Origin: Saccostrea cucullata
Lineage: Eukaryota
Direction of reading: 5' to 3'
NCBI RefSeq assembly: GCF_032062105.1
Contig: NW_026928959.1
Coordinates: 124,001-188,000 of the forward strand
Length of the DNA stretch: 64,000 bases
Part shown: piece by piece, positions 12,901-24,458 of the stretch
Layout: each line of letters opens with the position of its first letter
How positions within the stretch are numbered: position 1 is the first letter of the stretch
Position numbers and translations under genes: made by a program
The notes under the pieces: model-generated
Told to the model about the DNA's origin: nothing
The model's database searches: none
The model's input: only the letters and a program-made list of their open reading frames with translations

Positions 12901-13643
12901 AAACTCTACTTTGACTTCACTGCAGAAAAAAGATTTGATTTCATGGTGGGAAATCTAATCAAAGAACTCGGCTCAAGGGGTCGAATATTTAATATGCCCG
13001 ATAGCACTGATGGTATGTTTCCGTTCCAAGAAAAATATCTCTTACATTTATCGTTTTATCTCTTACAAAAATACTCGACTTTTCTGATTTTATATAGGCA
13101 AAGAAAAGCTTGAGCGACACGACACGGTGAACGGTGACAACTCATTACGTGAGGGACAAAACGGGGAGAATGTTTATTTGCAATGGACCGGAGCCCGGAT
13201 AAAGGAATGGATTGATAGCTGTAACCTATCAAGTCCAATCGAAAGGTGAGAAAACATTAGTGTCTTCACTAGGAAACGACATTGATATATGCATAATTCC
13301 TTCTCTTTCTGACTCTCAGATCTGGTGTTTAATATAACAGAGAACAAACTCTATATGGGGATTAAATATAAGGAAAGATACGCATATATGTATATTGCAT
13401 TAAAACATGTAATTAATAATAAATTTGAAATACACATTGTTCTTAGCCAGTGACCTATCACTGATTTCTTTTTGTAGACTCTATGACCTAGACCCTGAGC
13501 TTCTGTCTGAACTACTCCACCTACAGTCTACTTCACCAGGCTCGCTGTACAATGTCCTTAGATCTGATCTTCTCTTGAGTGGCCTGGATGTTATCAAATT
13601 CTCTAAGGAACTCAGAAAACTTGCTGATAACAAGCATATATAA
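7987..13643 (+). CDS. Cytoplasmic ARM-repeat / TIR / C-terminal SAM-like domain protein (~596 aa)
   Basis: Exons 7987-8926, 9094-9198, 9348-9467, 11064-11165, 12803-13012, 13098-13245, 13478-13643 join in frame with GT-AG introns (1791 nt). ARM-like helices (GALPILVQIL, ATGALWEI); TIR_2-type motifs HVMISYQWD, VWMDVE, MSLAIENAAVVLVCMSQKYKESPNCRSEAEYA, DGWLG; SAM-like tail WTGARIKEWIDSCNL...GLDVIKFSKELRKL. Probable 5'UTR exon ends at 7475. Confidence 0.88.
9615..10870 (-). mobile_element. Helitron/Helentron-derived non-autonomous element with ~166-bp satellite array (partial, degenerate)
   Basis: Terminal aacaagaggcccaggggccacagcgctcacctgagcac and repeated gaatctacactacctgaggatgattccac units, as in the elements at 19570 and 23220. 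Confidence 0.8.
11166..11795 (+). repeat. Intronic tandem repeat (~50-55 bp) derived from the end of TIR exon 4 plus its donor site
   Basis: Unit ctgtatgtcacaaaaatacaataaagtaacaggtgaacatcaggtaatt resembles exon end tgtatgtcacagaaatacaaagaaag...gatcag|gtaatt. Confidence 0.75.
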
Positions 13644-13812
13644 ACCAAATGAAACGTACACTAATATATTGTACTTTTAAAAAATAATGTTAATGTCAGC
13701 ATGTTTTATTATCAATTCACAATCTAAAACTGATGAAAATGTTAAATTTAATTAATTTTACAAGAAGGGATTAACTTTTATTATTGAAAATGATATATTC
13801 GGCATTAATAGA

Positions 13813-15192
13813 TTAAAACTTTGGAAGGTCTTTGAATTCAAAGAATCCTTTATCTTCCATTTGTTTCAAGACCCAAGGACCGTACTTCAAAATGGAGTTT
13901 GGTTTTCCTTCTTTAGATTGGGTTACAATATTAACGTTGATATCGGCATCAAATCGAGGCTCTAAGAAAAACGGTACGGAGAATCTATCAACACCAATGT
14001 CAAGGACTCTGTGTTGTGTTGCAATGAAACGACCTCCAACCATTTTACTTAAAAGGTCACCCACATTCATAACTAGGCCATTAGGGATTGGACGAACAGG
14101 CAGCCATTTTCTTTCCGGGGTCATAACCTCAAGTCCAGGAAAATGGAATGTTGCCAAAAGAGTTAAGAAACACGAGTCTGTATGTACGGGTGTGGTTACA
14201 ACCTTTCCGTCCTCTATGATAGCATTCTCAGGTGGTTTACCGTTCCACGGGGGATAATGTTGCAACCGAAAAGTTGTACATGGTTTGTCCTTAAACAGAT
14301 ATTCAAATACATTTTCTTTAAATCCCAATCCGTTAGATGCAAGCTTAAGAATATCCATGGCAACCTGATGCAAAACCCAATACATGTTTATCATCGTTGC
14401 CTTAAATTCAAAGTCTCCATTTTCTGGCGGCCATATAGACTTTTCGTAAAACCAGGGGTGCGTTCAACAGCGTATCGGCTAACCTAGCAGCTAAGTAGTA
14501 GATATCTATTTCTATTGAACGGACAGCTAACCTAGCTGCTAAATGTTAGATTTTGAATAAAGATAAATCAGTAAAAACTTTTTACTGGATCAAATAAAGT
14601 TTATTTCAGGCGAAAATATGTATTTAAATTTACATTTAATTCACTTAAATATAGGAAATAAACCTCCTTTTTGTTAAAATCTTGAATGCTGCAAATTTGT
14701 AACCAAGGAAACTATCTTGGATTTGGGACGTAGCATTAAATATTTATGCTAGGTCTCCATACGTAGCAGCTAGGTTAGCTCTCCGTTCAAGAGCGTAGCT
14801 TTACGTAGCAGCTACGTAGCAGCTACGCTGTTGAACGCACCCCAGTTTCCGCTGATGACGTCAGTGTCGTCTGGCGACACGTCAGCAGCTATCTCAAACC
14901 CCTCCTTCCTGCTCGGTAAATTCTCCACCACCGGGAAGTATCCGCGATACACATTGCTATTTTCTTTGTTAAACGACCTTTTTAAAAGAGCCTTTTTGAT
15001 TTCCCAGGGTCGATTGAAAAACCATTCGCAGCAGTGTTTCAATTTCCCCACCTCAAAATTTGGAATATTAACAATCCCTAGGAATCCAACACTCTCTAGA
15101 GCACTGACGACTTCGTTGCCTCCTTCTGCTGGGTCCTTTAAGGCCTCATCGAAGTTCAATATCGGAAGATTAAAATACTCCTCCTTCGACAT
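13813..15192 (-). pseudogene. 2-oxoglutarate/Fe(II)-dependent dioxygenase (IPNS/DIOX_N family, ~329 aa), CDS interrupted by a MITE
   Basis: N-part LPILNF..LESVGFLGIVN..YRGYFP..KEGFE; C-part RLQHYPP, HTDS, VMNVGDLL, HRV, RFSVPFF (HxD..H triad plus RxS). Removing 14456-14842 and one TSD restores ..GNWFYEKSIWP.. in frame (990 nt). No other introns. Confidence 0.85.
14456..14842. mobile_element. PIF/Harbinger-like MITE (387 bp) inserted in the oxygenase CDS
   Basis: Perfect TIR gggtgcgttcaacagcgta / tacgctgttgaacgcaccc; 3-bp TSD CAG at 14453-14455 and 14843-14845. Confidence 0.9.
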
Positions 15193-15398
15193 GTCCACAA
15201 ATTTCTGAGGATTAATGCATGTATCGTTATCTGCTATCTCAGATAGATAGACGAGATAAAGGACCTCGGTCATCAATCATGTCAGTTGATAATTACGAGG
15301 GGTGATAAAAAAAGTCGCGAATTAATTGAATAACTTCCATAAAAAAAACAATATTTGGTTTCAGTGTTGATTATATTTTAAATCAACCACCGTTCTGC

Positions 15399-15480
15399 TC
15401 ATGCGCGAATCACGTGATATAGGCGGACACGTGACCCCTTTCAGCGTTCTGTCACAAAAGCAGGAAGATATTTCTGAGTT
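15399..15480. promoter_or_regulatory. Putative promoter of the oxygenase gene
   Basis: Two CACGTG E-boxes (tcacgtga, cacgtgac), NRF1-like catgcgcg and an ETS-like caggaag within ~80 bp, ~200-290 bp upstream of the ATG. Confidence 0.4.
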
Positions 15481-16529
15481 TTATGTTTATTTCCATGTAA
15501 GTTAATTTTTATAACGCGAACAGCTCATTTGTCAGAAATGGTCAAATCTCGGCAACAGAATTGGTGGATAAGAATATCCTTTCCAAAAATAAGCATGGCG
15601 ACCATTAAAACCCAAATCTTCTGTCTCGGGAGAGACGTTTATTCAAGGTTGACAGAGAATGGGTGCCTCCATGTTATCATATCTAATATGTTTAAAATCT
15701 AAAGTAAACGATATCTTAAGTATTTAATAATTATATTATTGTTCAAAAATTCAACTATATTTCAAAGTGTAAATTGGAAGTCTTTGATAGCAAATTGCTG
15801 AATCAAAAACACATCTCTTTTCAAACTTACTTTCACTTGGCAACATAACAAGTATCATTTTTAACCATCTGCCTTCCTTCAATAAAATGATAAATCAAAT
15901 CATTGTTTGAATAAATAGGAAGTCGTTTGTCTTAATAAACTGTGTACAAATTATTATATGCTACTGCAAGGGAATTTCTAAGATATACAATGAAATGTAC
16001 AGTCGTTTGTTGAACGACTACGATCGACTAAGACAACCATTTTTCGTCACAAATGACCTATATAGTGACGTCATTTTCACATTGTGACGTCACAAAGAGC
16101 AAAACTTTATTCAGCATATGCTATTTATAGAACGTGTGTATGCATGCCTATGTGTGTACCAATTTTTCTTCTAATCTGAATTGTGGTTTTGTAGATATAG
16201 AGATAGTTTGCAAACTTTTCGATTACCCCTCGAATGTTTATTTTAAAGAGGATTATCCTTTTTAAAAAACATTGCATCAAGTGCAGGTAAATATTTAAAA
16301 AAAACAATTACGCATGTATGTACTTTCATAACGGCTTTAGAATTATGTTTGTTTGTCATTTTCCGACTCAGGATGAAAATTTTGAGTCGGTTAAGGTAGG
16401 TTGAGAAATTTCACAGAAAATATTCAAATCAGTGAATTTTCAAAACATCTTTTTAGGAATAAATAAACAAATGTTTTCTGAAGGTTAAAAAACGTTTTGA
16501 TTCAGTCTGTCTTAGTCAGTCGGTCGATC

Positions 16530-17100
16530 GGGAGGAATGAGCATCGCCCGCTAACCTGTCACACCCGCCCAATGTCATGATCAGCAGGGAAATAAGGGAC
16601 AAATCCGTAGACAGTTCAGTGTGGAAGAACAAACCTAGAAAGTACATAATAATATGAAAAATAATTGCTAGATTGTATTTGCTGAAAAGTCATTGTATTG
16701 ACCATAAAACTTTCAAATGACTTTACACGAGACTGTTGATACTTTTGTTTCATTAACTTGTTTGTCAACAATTTACCTCTAATTTAAACAAAAATGTAAG
16801 TATTCAGAGCACGCTCCTGTGTATCGAATCCACTAAAAGATATAGACCCCGTAAGCAGGTGATCAGGGTATATGCACATTGCTACATAAGTAACGTAAGT
16901 TGACGGTTGAATAGTGAAGTTATCAGATCAAGTTTATCATAAATGTTGTTACATATTGACGGACGTCTTTTTCAAGTAAAATAATCAAGATTGAAACAGA
17001 TGTGCCAGACTCTGTGGTATCTTTTATTTCAAGTATCCACATCTGATAAAGATCTGGTTTAGGTCCAATGTATAGATTTACATCACATGTAATATCATTG
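16530..17100 (-). mobile_element. Second decayed Penelope-like fragment
   Basis: Colinear with 5230-5320 plus 6310-6740; minus strand retains AYGVYI...IRY..AC remnants. Confidence 0.5.
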
Positions 17101-19070
17101 GAAAGGAAAGACCTGCTGGTGATAATTATTTTTCCGTATTTCAGCCCAACATTGAATCATGTAATCAAACATGTCCTTCCCTTTTCTTTATAATTTTTTT
17201 ACTCATATGTAACCGTTGATTCCTTGCTTTTGCCCTGGGGATCGAGCAATGATTTGCCGAATATTGAGCATACACAACACAGGATGCTTGCAATTTAAAT
17301 TCAAAATATGGCTGCTATTGGTTCTGCTGGTATCGAAAGTTAAATTTAGGAATTTCTATATTTAGCTAAATAATCTCATATTAAAAGATTGCTCGAATGT
17401 TACCATGCTCAGCTTAATTAGGGGGACCATATTTGAGCCAAACTGAAGGAACATTAAATTGGACATCTAGTATTTGAGCCAAACGGAAGGAACATTAAAT
17501 TGGACATATTTGAGCCAAGGAACATTAAATTGGACAAATCTGAGCCAAGGAACATTAAATTGGACATATTTGAGCCAAACGGAAGGAACATTAAATTGGA
17601 CATATTTGAGCCAAGGAACATTAAATTGGACAAATTTAAGCCAAGGAACATTAAATTGGACAAATTTAAGCCAAGGAACATTAAATTGGACATATTAGAG
17701 CCAAACGGAAGGAACACTGATATGTATATAAACTTGATTGAGACTATTTATTTTGATTGACCTACTTTTATTTTTCTTAGACCTCTAGTCCATTGTTAAA
17801 CCATGTCCAGTTGTAGCAATACTGCTTTTGCAAAGATTCTTGAAGAATTTCAATTATATTTTAGTGATTAAAACTTTTCCCCATTTAGCTCCGAGGACAA
17901 TTGCATTAAAGCTTAAGTATATACGCACTTAGAATAAAGCTTTCTCCTTTTTTCTGTCTGGCTTTTGAGTTATGGAAATATTTTTGAAACCCTGATTTTT
18001 TTTCTCTTTCATCTAATGTTTCCCCTTGATATTGTTGCAATATATAATAAAATACAGCCTTTTTTAAAAAACAAACTTAAATCCCCATCAACCAAGGATG
18101 TTGTCAAGTTTGGTTTAACTGGCCATCTCTTCGTGAATCTCTGTGGTATCTTTTTTTTAAGCATCCACATCCGATTTAGATCTAGTTTAGGTCCAATGTA
18201 TATGTATATATAAAATTACGTGTAATATTACTAACCTGCTGGTGAGTAGACCTTTAACTTTTTCCAGATTTCAGCCAAACCTTGAATCGTGTATTTGACT
18301 ACGTCCTTCACTTTTCTTTATATTTTTCATTCATGGAATCCTTTGATCCCTTACTGTGGCCCTGGGGAGGAATGATTTGCCAAATATTGAATACCAGTAT
18401 CCACTTCATGAGATGCTTGCAATTTAAAAATTAAAGTATGGCTTTGGTCCTGCTGGTCTTCCAAAGTTAAATTTAGGGATTTTTATATTTAGCTAAATAA
18501 TCTAAAATCAAAGATTACCCATGCTCAGCTTATGACATTAAATTGGACATATTTGAGCCAAACTCGATGAACACTAATTAAATTAGACATATTTGAACAA
18601 AAATGAAGGAACACTAAATTAGAGAACGCATATAAACTTGATTTTGACCATTCATTTTGAATGACCTACTTTGTTTTTCTTCTCTAGTCCATTGTTGACA
18701 GACCCATTTCCGATTGTAGCAATACTGCATTTGAGGGGATTCTTGAAGATTTTCCATATAATTTTGTGATCAAAACTTTTCCTCATGTGGCTCCAATCTA
18801 GCCCTAAGGACAATTACATTTGAGCTTAATATATATACACTTAGAGTTGTTTTCTTTTTCATTTTCTGCTTTAGAAGTTATGGAGAGAGATTTTTTTCTC
18901 TTTCCTATCATTGTTTCCCGTGATATATGTGCAATATGTAAACAGCCTTTTTTTGAAAAAAACTTAAATCCCTGCCAACCAAGGATGTTGTGTCAACTTT
19001 GGTTTATCTGGCAAAGTGGTAATGAAATTAAAAATGTTGAAAGTGTAAAGGCAGAAGACAGCTAGATGTA
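17005..19070. repeat. Diverged tandem duplication (~1.1-kb unit, 17005-18120 vs 18135-19070) with an expanded 30/35-bp minisatellite at 17427-17716
   Basis: Shared blocks ctctgtggtatc, ttaggtccaatgtata, gatgcttgcaatttaaa, ttagctaaataatct, tgtagcaatactgc; unit atttgagccaaggaacattaaattggacat occurs ~9x in copy 1 and ~2x in copy 2. Confidence 0.7.
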
Positions 19071-19569
19071 TGCACTGTGGAGAAACTTAAATCATATAAA
19101 GAATTCCTTCAGTTGCTTCTTTGGTGAGCTGAAAATAAATGTATAATCAGACAAGTAAATCTGACATGTCATCCATTTAGAGAAAACCTGGAGAATTTAA
19201 ACAAAATTAAATTTTAAGTATATTGATGTATATTTTTAATTAATATTTTTTAAAAACTTTGCTATACTTTAACAAATGAATTCTTAAACAATCCATTATG
19301 ACATAATCCATATTAAATTTTCAATAATAAAAACTTGGATTTTTCATATAACGCATGTATAGAAGCTCATATGGCAAAAAGAGTATAAAATATCAACATG
19401 ATTCAATTGGATATAATAAACATAAAGCTACAATATTTAATAAAATACAGCAAAAATTTAAAACATATTCAAACATAAGCACCTTCAACACTCAGTAAAA
19501 ATCATTAATAACAAGTCCAACAAAACCTGATCAATTTCCTCAAATACATGTGTAGCTCTTACTGAATGC

Positions 19570-19589
19570 TTTTTAGCTCACCTGAGCCA

Positions 19590-19621
<32 letters not shown>

Positions 19622-19711
19622 GTCCGTTGTCTGTCGTCGTCGTTGTTGTCGTTGTTGTTGTTGTCGTCGTTGTCGTCGTTGTAAACTTTTCACATTTTTG
19701 ACTTCTTCTCA

Positions 19712-19742
<31 letters not shown>

Positions 19743-19751
19743 CCACAAAGT

Positions 19752-19801
<50 letters not shown>

Positions 19802-20786
19802 CATTCAAGGGGAGATAATTGGGAATTAATGAAAATTTGATGGTATGTTTTAAAAATCTTCTTCTCAAGAACCACTGCGCCAGGAAAGATGAAACTTATG
19901 GGGAAACATCCTCAGGTAGTGTAGATTCAAGTTTGTCCAAATCATGACCCCCGGGCGTAGGGCGGGGCCACAATGGCCGACCAAAGTTTTACATAGAAAT
20001 ATATAGGAAAATTCTTTAAAAATCTTCTTCTCAAGAATCACTTAGCCATTATTGATCATATTTATATGGAAGCATCCTCAGATAGTGTAGATTCAAGTTT
20101 GTTCAAATCATGACCCCCGGGCGTAGGGCGGGGCCACAATGGCCGACCAAAGTTTTACATAGAAATATATAGGAAATTTCTTTAAAAATCTTCTTCTCAA
20201 GAATAACAAAGCCATAATTGATCATATTTATATGAAAGCATCCTCAGGTAGTGTAGATTCAAGTTTGTTCAAATCATGACCCCCGGGGGTAGGGCGGGGC
20301 CACAATGGCCGACCAAAGTTTTACATAGAAATATATAGAAAATTCTTTAAAAATCATCTTATCAAGAATAACAAAGCCATAATTGATCATATTTATATGG
20401 AAGTATCGTCAGGTAGTGTAGATTCAATTTTGATCAAATCATGACCCCTGGGGGTAGGGCGGGGCCACAATGGCCGACCAAAGTTTTACATAGAAATAAA
20501 TAGGAAATCTTTAAAAAAATCTTCTTCTCAAGAATCACAAAGCCCCAATTGATCATATTTATATGGAAGCATCCTCAGGTAGTGTAGATTCAAATTTGTT
20601 CAAATCATGACCCCCGGGGTAGGGCGGGGCCACAATGGCCGACCAAAGTTTTTCATAGACATATATAGGAAAATTCTTTAAAAATCATCTTATCAAGAAT
20701 AGCAAAGCCAGGATTGGTATTGGGACTACTTTTGGATTTAAATTATTAACTAATAAACCAATTTCTACTTTTTCCTAGCCACAGTG

Positions 20787-20820
<34 letters not shown>
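19570..20820 (+). mobile_element. Helentron-associated non-autonomous element (HINE-like) with a central 166-bp satellite array (Cg170-like, ~5 units)
   Basis: 5' tttttagctcacctgagc plus hairpin, (GTC/GTT)n microsatellite, 166-bp period (19910, 20076, 20242, 20408, 20574), 3' gctcaggtgagc subterminal inverted repeat and ggcccatgggcc hairpin; inserted in a T-run with no TSD. Confidence 0.88.
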
Positions 20821-20825
<5 letters not shown>

Positions 20826-22071
20826 TTTGATTCTTTTGTAGACCCACAGAGATATACTGCTTAAAAATACACCATACACTTTACATTCCAATCAATAAAT
20901 ACATGGAAAAAGTGAGAAAAAAACATCTAAAACTTAATATATTTTAAAGAAATTATTCAAAATAAATATGTACGAGAAATACACAGCAACCAAACCAAGG
21001 AAATCTAAATGGAAATTAAGTAAAACAAATGACTGGTAAAAGTAAAACCAATTTAAGGCATTGATCACAGTTGAAAGAAATATGATTGCAATAAACTCTT
21101 AAAGTAAGCAACAAGTCTGAAATAAAACAGAAGTCAAAGGACAAAGAGAAAATCTAAAACAAATGTGTACATATATCTCTAAAGACAGAACAAAGATTGC
21201 TCCATTTTGTAATTATTGCAATCTCTAATTAGATTAGTAATAATAGAGATAGAGTATTTCTCCAGTAAGAAATACAATAGAAAAATCTTACTCCAACGTT
21301 TGATTTTGTTCCTTTGTTCACAACACTGAACAATGAATAAGTTTTGATGATGCTTAGTAATTCTACAGAATGGTCAATGAAATTTAAAAATATATATTAT
21401 ATGGAGAGTGCTTATATAGGCTATGCCTGCTGCCCAATCCATTTATGTATTTTACATAATAAAATATGTTCAAATCAAATCAAAATATATATATCTATAT
21501 CAAATATTCTTCATTTCCTTTACTTGTTTAAAGAAAGCAGTTTACAAAGGAACATCAAGCTTAAGTTTTAAAAAAAGCACCTAAAAAAATTTTTAAAATC
21601 ATATTTAGGGCAGTAATTTACTATGTTATCAAGAAAATCAAGCCAGACACCGTAACTCTAAATTCTATTAAACTGGCTATTAAAGAAGTCAGATATTATT
21701 TTAACTCAGCTGAATTATCAGGGTATTATTTTAACCACTGATCAGAAAAATGTAGTAAAAAATCATCAACAAAGGACCTTAATTTTCTTAAGCGCTGTTA
21801 AAATATATCATGTAAATTACATCAATATTGGACCATCACTTTTTTTATCTTTCAATTGAGACTTAAGCTAATTTTAGAAGACATGGTTTTACTAATGAAA
21901 AAAAAATAAATGTGGAACATTCAACTAACACAGGCTATAAATGATCAGAGGAACTACAGAGCACTGCCAGTAACTCTCAATAAAGATTCATCATTACATT
22001 CTTAGCATATAATTCATTGTCAGTCTTAAAAGTTCAAACGTATTGCAACTAAGACTCATTATGCACATTTA

Positions 22072-22252
22072 CCGTATATACTCGCCTATAAGTTGGTCCG
22101 CCTATAAGTCGGTTGTATTTAATAAGCTTGTATTTCAGATGGACTGACCTCATATAATACCATTCTTTTTATAGCTCGCCTATAAGTCGGACACAGAGTT
22201 TTGGACCAGAGATTGACTCTCAAAAAACCGACTTATAGGCGAGTATATACGG
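22072..22252. mobile_element. Tc1/mariner-like MITE (181 bp)
   Basis: TIR ccgtatatactcgcctataagt / acttataggcgagtatatacgg, TA TSD. Confidence 0.85.
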
Positions 22253-22897
22253 TAGATTTATATAATCTGAAAACTTAGACTGGGCTACAGAAATTTTACC
22301 TTTATATCCAGACTCATACAAACAAAACTTAAAAAGGATGCAGTGATTGCAAAGATAAATGAATTCTCAACACAGTCATTTTACATTCTCATAAATTTTG
22401 TTTCTCAAAGAAGATGAGATCAAAATCAAATTTCAACAAAATACATGTAGATGCCATGTTGTAATATTTCATTTACTGTGTATTATTATTAATATAATAA
22501 CACCCAAAAACATAAAGTACTCAAAAATATCTAAACAAACAGATTGTTTCCTATGTTAATACTAAATAACACTACAAAAGAAACAATCAATATTTACAAG
22601 TCATAGAGGTGCACCATTTTATGCTGTAGTAAAATAAAAACATTGCTTGATTATTCAAGAAATAACAATAAATAGATCCTATGTTCCAAACATTAAGTAA
22701 ACATGGTACATTTTTCCTGATATTCTCCAAGCAGTCATTTGTGGACCAACAGTTGACATGTCATAGGACTGTACTACAGTCTGTACTCTACAGATGTTTA
22801 CTTGAATGGACAGTTGTGGGTGATTTCTGATGTCTCTCTGTGGCCTTTTTTGACATGTAATTTATTGTACTATAGAAGTCTAGCTATATGGACAGTT

Positions 22898-24262
22898 TTA
22901 TAGGTGTTCTGGGTGATTTCTAAGACATGATATAAACTCTTTAGGATCCATTTCTCTGATGCAGATCTTATGAATGGCTGTAAACAGTGGAAATCTGAAA
23001 AAGAAAACCATCTTATGATCAGCTGAGTACAATACAAAACAAAAAGATCAAAGGAATGGTTATAAACAGAGAAATCCAAAGAAACAGATCTCTGGAAACT
23101 ATATGTAATACAGAAAAAAAAACTGAAACACAATTTTTATGACCATTGAAAAAAGGAAACTTTCCATAAGAATAAAGATCTTAAAGTCTGTAAAGATACA
23201 AATCTTAATTACAAATCTTAACAAGAGGCCCAGGGGCCACAGCGCTCACCTGAGCACATCAGGCTTGAATTTACTCCACCACCCCCCTCCAGGCATTCAT
23301 CATCTGAACAAACTAGAATCTACACTACCTGAGGATGATCCCATATAAATATCACAAATCATAGCTTTGAAGTACTTGAAAAGAAGATTTTAAAAGGTTT
23401 CCCTATGTAAAACTTGGGTCGGCCATTTTGGCCCCACCCTAGCCCCGGGGGTCATGATTTGAACAAACTTGAATCTACACTACCTGAGGATGATTCCACA
23501 TGAGTTTCATCTCTCCTGGCCCAGTGGTTCTTGAGAAGAAGATTTTTAAAGATTTTTCTTATATATTCCTATGTAAAACTTGGGTCGGCCATTTTGGCCC
23601 CACCCTAGCCCCGGGGGTCATGATTTGAACAAACTTGAATCCACACTACCTGAGGATAATTCCACATGAGTTTCATCTTTCCTGGCCCAGTGGTTCTGGA
23701 GAAAAAGATTTTTAAAGATTTTTCCTATATATTCCTATGTAAAACTTGGGTCGGCCATTTTTGCCCCACCCTAGCCCCGGGGGTCATGATTTGAACAAAC
23801 TTGAATCCACACTACCTGAGGATGATTCCACATGAGTTTCATCTTTCCTGGCCCAGTGGTACTGGAGAAGAAGATTTTTAAAGATTTTTTCCTATATATT
23901 CCTATGTAAAACTTGGGTCGGCCATTTTGGCCCCACCCTTGCCTCAGGGGTCATGATTTGAACAAACTTGAATCTACACTACCTGAGGATGATTCCACAT
24001 GAGTTTCATCTTTCCTTTCCTAGTGGTTCTTGAGAAGAAGATTTTTAAAGATTTTTCCTATATATTCCTATGTAAAACTTGGGTCGGCCATTTTGGCCCC
24101 ACCCTAGCCCCGGGGGTCATGATTTGAACAAACTTGAATCTACACTACCTGAGGATGATTCCACATGAGTTTCATCTTTCCTGGCCCAGCGGTTCTGGAG
24201 AAGAAGATTTTTAAAAAATGCCATAAATTTTTCACAAATTCATAATTATCTCCCCTTGGAAG

Positions 24263-24293
<31 letters not shown>

Positions 24294-24298
24294 TTCCC

Positions 24299-24392
<94 letters not shown>

Positions 24393-24399
24393 GACGACA

Positions 24400-24458
<59 letters not shown>

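Noticed and set aside
7987-13643. Calling the gene SARM1
   Set aside because: Domain order (TIR before a single SAM-like domain) and TIR motifs differ from SARM1, so the symbol was left blank
13832-15208. Plus-strand ORFs 13832-14257, 14182-14487 and 14831-15208
   Set aside because: Antisense shadows of the oxygenase CDS with no recognisable motifs
19566-19868. Cys/Arg-rich and poly-Thr ORFs
   Set aside because: Translations of the (GTC/GTT)n microsatellite in the Helentron-like element
22870-22900. Stop-codon readthrough giving a peroxisomal GPD1 extension
   Set aside because: The stop is TAA in a non-leaky context and the in-frame extension (NCPYS*) has no PTS1
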